A stretch of 64,000 bases of DNA from Candidatus Altimarinota bacterium (GTDB lineage: Bacteria > Patescibacteriota > Gracilibacteria > UBA1369 > GCA-2718715). Location: NCBI GenBank assembly GCA_041242255.1, contig JBESAV010000001.1, forward strand, positions 96,001-160,000, in the 5' to 3' direction. The position numbers and the translations under genes are program-made. The notes below the pieces were generated by a model, which was not told the origin of the DNA, searched no databases, and saw only the letters and a program-made list of their open reading frames with translations. Below are positions 20,299 to 28,756 of this stretch, piece after piece. Every line of letters begins with the position of its first letter. The stretch's first letter is position 1.

Positions 20299-20659
20299 TC
20301 AAAGTATTATCTATTGTTTTAATCACATCATCTAAAGCAATATTAGATTTCACTACATATCCTTGTACATTTTTATACTCCTGAGTTTTCTCACGATCCT
20401 CATTCTGTCCAAGATTAGAAAGAATCAAAATAGGAGTAGCAATCCCATTTTTATCCACAAACTCCAGTACATCAAAACCTGTCATTTTAGGCATAATAAG
20501 ATCCAATAAAGCCAAATCATATCCACCTCCATCAAGCTTTTGAGAACCTTCTTCACCATTAGACGCTACGTCAACTTCATAACCAGAATTTTTCAACTTC
20601 AACTTCAAAACTCTTGAAAGTGACTTATCATCTTCTATTATTAAAATTTTTTTACTCAT
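20282..20659 (-). CDS. single-domain response regulator
   Basis: IIEDD, LLDLIMP, SN, VK; receiver domain only. Confidence 0.92.
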   Translation of the reverse strand: MSKKILIIEDDKSLSRVLKLKLKNSGYEVDVASNGEEGSQKLDGGGYDLALLDLIMPKMTGFDVLEFVDKNGIATPILILSNLGQNEDREKTQEYKNVQGYVVKSNIALDDVIKTIDNTLNGKDS

Positions 20660-20679
20660 ATTTTTTATTTAATCTTTAT

Positions 20680-20688
20680 ATTATACCA
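20680..20688 (-). promoter_or_regulatory. extended -10 promoter for RR-pilB-pilC operon
   Basis: TGGTATAAT on the minus strand about 20 bp upstream of 20659. Confidence 0.5.
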
Positions 20689-20694
20689 AAAACC

Positions 20695-21066
20695 TTACCC
20701 AGCAACAAGCTCCATAACCACATCTACAAGCTCATTCAATGAGTAATTTGTTTTCACATAATACCTATCTGCACCTAACTTCAAATATGAATATTTTTCA
20801 TTAGAAGAAGCAGTATTTGTTACTACAAAAACCGGCAAATCAGGATTCTTTGACTTAACATAAGCAATAAAATCCAATCCAGTCTCCATACCTCTCAAAT
20901 AATGATCTAACCAAACCAAACTAACTTGATTCTCATCAAACAGTTCTTTAGCTTCAAGAACACTCTCAGCTCTTAAAACATTAAACCCTTCATTCTCAAG
21001 CTTAATTTTTACTGCACCTGAGATCCCATGTTCGTCTTCTACGACTAGTATAGTTTTTTTATCCAT
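20695..21066 (-). CDS. single-domain response regulator
   Basis: VVEDE, WLDHYL, TN, YYVK; receiver domain only. Confidence 0.88.
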   Translation of the reverse strand: MDKKTILVVEDEHGISGAVKIKLENEGFNVLRAESVLEAKELFDENQVSLVWLDHYLRGMETGLDFIAYVKSKNPDLPVFVVTNTASSNEKYSYLKLGADRYYVKTNYSLNELVDVVMELVAG

Positions 21067-21075
21067 AATATATTA

Positions 21076-23109
21076 TTAATTTTTATTTCTTGTAATAGTT
21101 TTCTCACCTTGCTTTGGTTTCATACCGTCTTTAGGAAGTAAGATATAAAAAGTTGTTCCCTCATTCTCAATAGAGTCAAACCAAATCTTACCTCCAATAT
21201 AGTCAACAACTGACTTAACCAAATACAACCCAAGACCAGTTCCATCCGTGTCTTTAGCCTTAACATTATCTGCTCTAAACAATTTACTAAAGATCTTAGT
21301 CTTTTGATCCTCAGGAATTCCATAACCAGTATCAGAAACTTTTATTAGTAATCCATCTCTACTTTTCTCTAATTCTAATGTAACACTCCCTTCAACTTCA
21401 GTATATTTAATCGCATTAGTAAGCAGATTCTCAACCATAATATGATACAATTTTTTATCCAACGGCATTTTTCCAACTTTATCATATACCGTTTTTAACT
21501 TAATTTTTCTCTCTTCAAAATTCTGATCAAGCTCCTCTACGATCTCTTTTGTAAAATTAACAACATCTACTTCTTCAGGTTCCACAACAAAGTTTCCAAG
21601 ATCTATCCTAGATGTATTTAGAAGTGAATTCACAAGATTAATCATCCTCTTACTACCATAATAAATCTCTTCCAAATACTCTTTCTGATCATCTTCAACA
21701 TCACCAACTTCACCATTCAAGAGCATCTCGGTATTCCAACTAATACTTGTAAGCGGTGTTCTTAATTGATGTGATGCCAATGATACAAATTCAGTTTTAG
21801 CCTTATCAACCTCTTTTTCTTTAGTTACATCTTTAAATACCAAAATCAAACCAATAACCTCTCCTTCATGCACTACTTTAGAGGCAATAACACTGACAGG
21901 AAGCAAAGTTCCATCTTTCTTCTTATAATAATGATCATCAGACAAAGTCACATCAGCCATAGCCCCTATCTCAATATCTATCAGCCTATTCAAACTAAGC
22001 TCCTCGTATGGAATAATTTTACCATTCTCATGCCTAGGCTCGACCAGCTTATACCATTTCTTACCAACATAATCTCCACTTGAATACCCAAGTAGATCAG
22101 TCACTGCTTTATTCCCAAAAACAATCTTTGTATCTTTATCCATAAACACCAATCCCTCACCTAGATTGTATAAAATCGCCTCAAACCTAGTCTTTTGTTT
22201 TTCAATGTTCTTTTGCTTCTCCTCCACCATCTGCAAAGTACTAATCAAAGATTCTTTGGTACCATTCAACTCTCTCACAGCTTCGTTCAATTTCTTTGTT
22301 CTAGCTTTAACCTTTTGTTCCATACTTGAATAGAGATCATTCAACCTAAGTCTCATTGACTCAAAACTCCGTGCCAATGTACCAATTTCATCATTCGAAC
22401 TGATGTCCAATTCATATTCAAAATTCCCCTTAGCAATCTCCTCCGAAGCAATAATCATCCTTCTCAAAGGATTTGAAATTGAGTTTATAAGTATATATGA
22501 AACGACAACTAAGAATAAGGTTACAATGAACAATAAACCTAGTGATGTAACTCTATTAAGATAAAAATTTGTATCCAACAACTCTATCTGTTGAATTCTA
22601 TCAACAAAAGCAACTTCATTAATCCTATCTAAGTCATAAGCTAGTGAATTACTTAAATTATCAATCTGAGCTAATAAAACAAAAAAATCATCTTCTACAG
22701 CTTCAGGATTACTAAAATTATCAATAATTGTATTAATTAAAGCAGAACGTTGCCTAAACAACTCAGTTATATCAGCTAAATTATTCAAGATGATGGGATT
22801 TCCTCCTAAAACTCTAATCTCTTCTAAATTCGCTCTGATTCTTTCTTGTCTAACTTCAATCTGCTCTAAAAATAAAGGATTCCTATCAATCAAATACCTT
22901 TTCAGTAAATCAACTTTTGCAAGGTTATCCACCTGAATCTCTTGAACAGTAATGTTATACTCAGTTGCTTCCTGTATCTCAGATACAAACCGCTCATAAT
23001 TACTAATAGAAATTAATAAATAAATAGCTAAACAACCCAATAAAAATATCAAAAGACCTAACCCAATTTGCAACTTCCTTCTAATTGTAAAATCTCTGTA
23101 TATACTCAT
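21076..23109 (-). CDS. sensor histidine kinase (2TM-HAMP-PAS-HisKA-HATPase)
   Basis: DEIGTLA HAMP, PAS, ASHQLRTP, NAIKYT, DTGYGI, GTGLGL. Confidence 0.95.
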   Translation of the reverse strand: MSIYRDFTIRRKLQIGLGLLIFLLGCLAIYLLISISNYERFVSEIQEATEYNITVQEIQVDNLAKVDLLKRYLIDRNPLFLEQIEVRQERIRANLEEIRVLGGNPIILNNLADITELFRQRSALINTIIDNFSNPEAVEDDFFVLLAQIDNLSNSLAYDLDRINEVAFVDRIQQIELLDTNFYLNRVTSLGLLFIVTLFLVVVSYILINSISNPLRRMIIASEEIAKGNFEYELDISSNDEIGTLARSFESMRLRLNDLYSSMEQKVKARTKKLNEAVRELNGTKESLISTLQMVEEKQKNIEKQKTRFEAILYNLGEGLVFMDKDTKIVFGNKAVTDLLGYSSGDYVGKKWYKLVEPRHENGKIIPYEELSLNRLIDIEIGAMADVTLSDDHYYKKKDGTLLPVSVIASKVVHEGEVIGLILVFKDVTKEKEVDKAKTEFVSLASHQLRTPLTSISWNTEMLLNGEVGDVEDDQKEYLEEIYYGSKRMINLVNSLLNTSRIDLGNFVVEPEEVDVVNFTKEIVEELDQNFEERKIKLKTVYDKVGKMPLDKKLYHIMVENLLTNAIKYTEVEGSVTLELEKSRDGLLIKVSDTGYGIPEDQKTKIFSKLFRADNVKAKDTDGTGLGLYLVKSVVDYIGGKIWFDSIENEGTTFYILLPKDGMKPKQGEKTITRNKN

Positions 23110-23110
23110 A

Positions 23111-25009
23111 TTAATTAGGATAAGTTACAAAATTCGTAAATTCTTCCAAAGGTATTACAATCCCAAGTTTCTCAGCAGTTTCCAAATTAATATTTTCCTT
23201 GTGTCTTTGAGGTTGCTCTGTCCTCAACCAATCAGGCTGACTACCCATAAGTATCAAGCTTGATTTATCAGCAGCAATCTCACCAATCTCAACCCAATCT
23301 ACAGATCTACTAAATAAAGCCCCTCTTCTAACTAAATCAGCAATACATGAAGTAACAACCACACTTTTCTCCAATCCATATTCAACCAAAAAATCTCCAC
23401 CTTCATTCTGCATAAAAATATCACAACCAGCATAAAATATATCACTTGAATCATAAGCAGCTAATTGCCTCTCAAGATCCTCTAAGTCATCGGCAACAAG
23501 TCTCTCCACCTCATATTGAGTATTAGCAAAATACGCATTCAACTCTTCAAATTGCCTTTCTGTAGTGTTATATCCTCTCCCACTCACATAAACAATTCTA
23601 TCAAAACTTAAATCCTCATTTGCACTTAATATCTTATTAAACTCATACCACTGCCCAGAAACTGGCACAATATGCCTCACCCCAACTATATTATTCTTAG
23701 AACTCTCATAAGAGTCTATTATTCCCTCCTCCACAGGATAGGTCACAACATTAAATACCAAAGGAGTTTCTTCAACTTCCTCCCGAGCAATATTCACAGC
23801 CTGTGTAGTAAAAGTATAAATCAGGTCCACATCCTCACGTTCATATTTACGAATGATATCAATATATTTATTTCTATCTCCATTAGCTGTCTCTCTAAGT
23901 ACTGTCAAATTTTCACCTTCTATAAAGCCGTTTAGATTAAGTCTATTCAAGTAAGCTTCAATAGTCTCACTAAAGTTGTCCGACTCTACCAATACAACTA
24001 TTCCAATCTTAAATTCCGTATCATAGTCATAATTTAATTCTTGATACTGAATTATCAAAGTTGTCACTAAAACCAAAGAAATCAAAATAAAACCATAAAT
24101 CAACGACTTACCTCTAATCACATTTAAATCATAAAGGGACAAATCCCCAAAAAATATAGTTTTCAAATGAAGTAAAATTAAAGCTAAAGCTAAAGTAAAT
24201 ACAAAGAAAGGAACAATATAATCAATTACATAATACTTCCACTTAAGTAAAACGGCCTCTTCAACCTTATTTTCAGTACTACTCTCTGTAAATTCATTTG
24301 AAAAGCTATTCCATGGATTCAACCTATCACCAGATTCTATATCATAATAATAAGCCTCAGCTTTATCCTCAAATTGGACCATATAACCAGAAACAGGCTC
24401 AATCCAAATTTGAAAATAAGGAACAACCTCAACTCCCCTCTCCTCTGGAACACCCGGCAAATTAGTTAAAAAATCAGTTTGATCTACAACATATTTATCT
24501 CTTTCAGTTTCATATTTATTAACTATTAAACCATCTATCTCCTCCTGAGCTACAAAATTCATCTCAAAAGGCACATCATAGTTTACATGCCAGTATGTAA
24601 AACTTTCACCAGGCTTATGGCCTATTGGAGCAAACAAAGATCCCTCCCTAGCCTTGTCACCAAGATCAGAAACATATTCTCCAGTTTTTTTATCAACCCC
24701 AAGTATACGACTTAAACTGATAATTTTCTCACCAGCTAAAGTAAATACTTCAAAAGAATTATTAATCAAAAGCGAATCCTCTCTCACATCAACTGTCTCA
24801 TATAAAAATTCACTCCTAGAGATTTGCTCTCCATCATAAGAATTTCTTTCTTCATTGAAAAAATTATCAATAGAAAGCAAATCAACCTCATAACTAAAGT
24901 CATCCGGCAGACTCTCAAACTTTGGAGCAAAGTATATATTCCATATCGGTATAAACACCAAAAGCAACACAATCCCGACATAAAGTTTCCAATTCAACTT
25001 CACACTCAA
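23111..25009 (-). CDS. DUF3068 (PorA)-like domain fused to ABC substrate-binding-like domain
   Basis: N-half GVDKKTG...FAP...WIEPVSGYMV; 2 TM; C-half NIVGV...INLETAEKLGIVIP; TTG start. Confidence 0.7.
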   Translation of the reverse strand: MSVKLNWKLYVGIVLLLVFIPIWNIYFAPKFESLPDDFSYEVDLLSIDNFFNEERNSYDGEQISRSEFLYETVDVREDSLLINNSFEVFTLAGEKIISLSRILGVDKKTGEYVSDLGDKAREGSLFAPIGHKPGESFTYWHVNYDVPFEMNFVAQEEIDGLIVNKYETERDKYVVDQTDFLTNLPGVPEERGVEVVPYFQIWIEPVSGYMVQFEDKAEAYYYDIESGDRLNPWNSFSNEFTESSTENKVEEAVLLKWKYYVIDYIVPFFVFTLALALILLHLKTIFFGDLSLYDLNVIRGKSLIYGFILISLVLVTTLIIQYQELNYDYDTEFKIGIVVLVESDNFSETIEAYLNRLNLNGFIEGENLTVLRETANGDRNKYIDIIRKYEREDVDLIYTFTTQAVNIAREEVEETPLVFNVVTYPVEEGIIDSYESSKNNIVGVRHIVPVSGQWYEFNKILSANEDLSFDRIVYVSGRGYNTTERQFEELNAYFANTQYEVERLVADDLEDLERQLAAYDSSDIFYAGCDIFMQNEGGDFLVEYGLEKSVVVTSCIADLVRRGALFSRSVDWVEIGEIAADKSSLILMGSQPDWLRTEQPQRHKENINLETAEKLGIVIPLEEFTNFVTYPN

Positions 25010-25140
25010 ATATTACATCTAACCATTATAACATATATTTAAAACTAAATCACCCCAACAAGCCAACACAAACAACTCACTGTCAAATAAAAAGCCACTC
25101 CCATAAGAAGTGACTTTTGAGCTTCAAATTTCCTCTAAAA

Positions 25141-25866
25141 TTACGGCATTAAAACGCTATCAATAACGTGAATCACACCATTAGAAGCCATAATATCAGT
25201 TTGTAATACAGTAGCTTCATCAACCATAACCATTTCACCATCTACAGAGATAGTAAGGTCAGAACCTTCTAAAGTAGTAGCAGAATCCATTTCAATTACA
25301 GAACTTGCCATTACAGATCCAGGTACAACATGGTATTGAAGTACTCTAGTTAGTTCTTCTTGGTCAGCAAGTAATGCTTCAAGAGCTCCTTCTTCTAGAG
25401 CTTCAAAAGCAGCATCATTAGGAGCAAAAACAGTGTATTCTGTTTCTCCAGCAAACATTTCATCCAACCCAGCAGCTTCTAAAGCAGCCAAAAGAGTTTC
25501 AAAATCTTCATCAGCCATAACTATTCCAGCAATTGACATCATCTCCTCCATCATTTCTTCTTCCATCATTTGCTCTTCTTCTTCAGTCATCATTTCACCT
25601 TCCATTTTAGCATTTAGCTTTGCATCAATGTAAGCGTCGTATCTTTCCAATACAACTGCTAATTGAGCTCTATTAACGCTTCCAGAAGGATCAAAGTTTC
25701 CAGTTTCACCTTGTCCAGTCATTAGACCAGATTCTGCTGAGAACATAACCCCTCCAGCAAACCAATCGTCTGCAGAAACGTCAGCAAACATAGAAGTGTT
25801 CGCCATAACTCCAGCAGAAAAAGCCATAGTAGCTAGAGCAACTCCAGCAATAACTTTTTTAAACAT
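25141..25866 (-). CDS. SLH + fasciclin domain protein
   Basis: Signal peptide; FADVxxxxWF...FDPxxxVNRAQ (SLH); YTVFAPND, YHVV, NGVIHVIDSVL (FAS1). Confidence 0.92.
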   Translation of the reverse strand: MFKKVIAGVALATMAFSAGVMANTSMFADVSADDWFAGGVMFSAESGLMTGQGETGNFDPSGSVNRAQLAVVLERYDAYIDAKLNAKMEGEMMTEEEEQMMEEEMMEEMMSIAGIVMADEDFETLLAALEAAGLDEMFAGETEYTVFAPNDAAFEALEEGALEALLADQEELTRVLQYHVVPGSVMASSVIEMDSATTLEGSDLTISVDGEMVMVDEATVLQTDIMASNGVIHVIDSVLMP

Positions 25867-25968
25867 GTGTTTGTTTAATTAAATATTTACTAGCACATCT
25901 TAAAAAAGCCCAATGGGCTTTTCAAGAACAAAACTCGACCACACCACATCAATCTAATTCATCAAGAT

Positions 25969-26853
25969 CTAAAAATAGTCTCTAGGCACATCCATTCCCA
26001 GGGTAATAGCCATATCCTCAAGATTCACAAAACCTTTATCCAATGACTCCTTATATTCAGCTGCCATAGCCAAAAGATCATTTACCTTTTTCAAATCTTC
26101 CTTATATTTCTTGGCAACTTCAGGCTTTGTACCATTAGCTTTAATTTCTAAATCTCCTTTCATTTTCTTCAGCTTTGCAACACTTCTTGCCGTTGAACGC
26201 CTATTCTCTATCTTTTGCATTTCTTTCCTAATCTCTTTTGTAGACAAACCTCTTAACTCTCCCAAACTAACATTTGCACTTTCTGCTATTTCTGTAAGTT
26301 TTGACTTTGTTAATTCTCCAATACCGACAGTCTGTCCAACTTTTGGTTTTTCAGGCTTAGTAATTCCAAGTTTCTTCATTTCAGCTTCAATCTCTTGATC
26401 TAATTCATCAAGATCCACTCCAGCCTCTGCAACCATCTCACCACGTTTTAAAACAGCCGCCACTCTTACTTTATTCTCTTTTAAAGCAGCTCCATAAGTT
26501 TCTGGACCAAGTATACCGTCAACTTTATCTAATCCTTTAATATCTTGATAATATGCAACATATGCTAAAGCTTCATCTTTTGACATTTTAGTAATATCAA
26601 AATTAACCCCAACTTCAAAATTAGGATTCATCTTAGCAATAGTTCTCAAAACTTCACTTGTCAAAACGCTTAAAGGCATATCCTTATAAGTTTCTGACCC
26701 GAGATTAATTGAAACTTTATCTAAAGCCTTCTCAGCAACGTCTTTCTTCTTAATTTTACTTGAGTATTTATCAACAATCTCCTGATTGCTTAAAGTTAAA
26801 TCAACACTCTCTTTTGACTCAACATTTGACATTCGTTCTTTATTTCCTGCCAT
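25969..26853 (-). CDS. hypothetical protein with PG-binding-like motif
   Basis: YQDIKGLDKVDGILGPET resembles PG_binding_1; Lys-rich helical remainder. Confidence 0.65.
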   Translation of the reverse strand: MAGNKERMSNVESKESVDLTLSNQEIVDKYSSKIKKKDVAEKALDKVSINLGSETYKDMPLSVLTSEVLRTIAKMNPNFEVGVNFDITKMSKDEALAYVAYYQDIKGLDKVDGILGPETYGAALKENKVRVAAVLKRGEMVAEAGVDLDELDQEIEAEMKKLGITKPEKPKVGQTVGIGELTKSKLTEIAESANVSLGELRGLSTKEIRKEMQKIENRRSTARSVAKLKKMKGDLEIKANGTKPEVAKKYKEDLKKVNDLLAMAAEYKESLDKGFVNLEDMAITLGMDVPRDYF

Positions 26854-26898
26854 ATTACTAAATTTAAATCATTTAATAATACCACAAAACACAAAACC

Positions 26899-27387
26899 TT
26901 ACAACCTCCCCGTAATCAAATACTCCAAAGTATAGAAATAAACAAACAGATTCATAGGACCTCCAGTCTCAATATTTGGCTCGAAATTACGCAAAATACT
27001 AAAGCAAGACAGCTCAAGGCATTCTGATTCTGAACCTCCACCTCGAGAAGTGCACTGCTCTGTATATGCCAAGATAGTACTCAAAACAGTTAATCTAAGC
27101 TGATCAATCTCGTTCGACTCCATATCCTGAGAAACATTATCTAAATCATCCTTCCAGTCCTGTATCTCTGGTATGTAATAATTCGATACATCTAGATCTT
27201 GTTTCTTTGAACGCACACAAACCTCTTGCTCAAAAAACTTATCATAATACTCCCTACACTGCTGAACATGACTCAAGTAAAACTCTTCAGCAGTATTCAA
27301 CTTCTTATCTTCAACTCGATTTACTTCAGGCTTACACCCAAGCACAGCTACCGAAGCTAATATAGGAACCAGTTTATTCATTTCCAA
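26899..27387 (-). CDS. hypothetical lipoprotein
   Basis: Lipobox VLG-C; overlaps the stop of the M20 gene. Confidence 0.6.
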   Translation of the reverse strand: MEMNKLVPILASVAVLGCKPEVNRVEDKKLNTAEEFYLSHVQQCREYYDKFFEQEVCVRSKKQDLDVSNYYIPEIQDWKDDLDNVSQDMESNEIDQLRLTVLSTILAYTEQCTSRGGGSESECLELSCFSILRNFEPNIETGGPMNLFVYFYTLEYLITGRL

Positions 27388-28687
27388 AAAACAAATTACT
27401 AAACTTTAATGCTTTCTCTAAAACAACCTTATCAAAATTCTCATTAGCCGCATGCATTCCACAATCATAGTTAGCAAATGGAACCAAGAATATCGGCATA
27501 TCAAACATCCTATCTAGATCAGTCACAATAGGTACAGTTCCACCACAATATTTATAAACAGGTTCTTCACCATAAGCTTTTTCCAAAAACTCAGCCACTT
27601 TGAATCCTTCATCTCTATAATCAATCAAAACACCTCTCGCCCCATGATCATATTCAAATTCAAAATCCACATAATCAGGTAACTTCTCTGCAAAATAATC
27701 TTTCAAAAGTTCATACATCTTATCAGGATCCTGAACCGGAGATGTACGCACATTAAACTTAACTTCAGTCTTATGCGGAATAATATTTTTAAAACCTACT
27801 CCAGTATAACCACTCTCAAAACCAGTAACCTCAAATGATGGGTACAATCCTGTCTGTTCCAAGAAAGTCTTCCCCTCAAGTTTTACAACTCCTTTACAAC
27901 CAGATGCAGTTCTATATTCCTCCTCAGAAATATCAACTTGTTTAGCTCTTTCAATATGCTCCTCAGACAAAGTATCTAACCCCTCATAAAACCCATCCAC
28001 CAATATCTTTCCATTATCATCCTTCATTCCAGCCAGAACTCGAATCACCTCATTGTTACTACTTGGTGCATATCCACCATACAACCCAGAGTGAAGATCT
28101 GAATGAGAAGAAGTAACAATCATCTTGAAATTAAACACCCCTCTAAAGCTAAGCTCAATTGTAGGTTTATTTTTATACAATTCACCATCAGAAAGCATCA
28201 AAGCATCAGCCTCAAGCATATCTTTATTTTGCTTCACAAAAGAAACCAAATCCCCTGACCCAGTCTCCTCATCACCTTCCAAAAGAAACTTTACATTATA
28301 TTTTAGTTTACCAGCCTCCATAAGATCAAAAACAGTTGCAACATGCACCATAAACTGACCCTTATTATCAATAGCTCCTCTTCCATAAAATCTCCCATCT
28401 CTCTCAACAAATTCAAAAGGATCACTCTTCCATCCATCACTCATCTCAGCTGGTTGAACATCATAATGACCATAAACTAAAACTGTTGGTAAAGCCTCAT
28501 CAACAACTAAACTTGCAAATACAATCGGATTACCAAATCCATCATAACTACCTACTTCAAAACCTCTATCTTTAAACATTTTCACCAAAAATTCCGAAGT
28601 AGCTCTTACCTCATCTTTAAACTTTTCATCTGTGGAAACAGACTTAAATTTCATAATCTCTTTAGTCAATTTTAAGTAAGTCTCCAT
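27374..28687 (-). CDS. M20 family dipeptidase
   Basis: YGHYDVQP, GRGAIDNKG, EGDEETGS, DLHSG, HAANE. Confidence 0.93.
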   Translation of the reverse strand: METYLKLTKEIMKFKSVSTDEKFKDEVRATSEFLVKMFKDRGFEVGSYDGFGNPIVFASLVVDEALPTVLVYGHYDVQPAEMSDGWKSDPFEFVERDGRFYGRGAIDNKGQFMVHVATVFDLMEAGKLKYNVKFLLEGDEETGSGDLVSFVKQNKDMLEADALMLSDGELYKNKPTIELSFRGVFNFKMIVTSSHSDLHSGLYGGYAPSSNNEVIRVLAGMKDDNGKILVDGFYEGLDTLSEEHIERAKQVDISEEEYRTASGCKGVVKLEGKTFLEQTGLYPSFEVTGFESGYTGVGFKNIIPHKTEVKFNVRTSPVQDPDKMYELLKDYFAEKLPDYVDFEFEYDHGARGVLIDYRDEGFKVAEFLEKAYGEEPVYKYCGGTVPIVTDLDRMFDMPIFLVPFANYDCGMHAANENFDKVVLEKALKFSNLFFGNE

Positions 28688-28756
28688 AAATAATCATTAA
28701 ATTGTAAACAAAAAATACCTCATCAACCAAAAACTTACAATTCAATTACTAGATCT

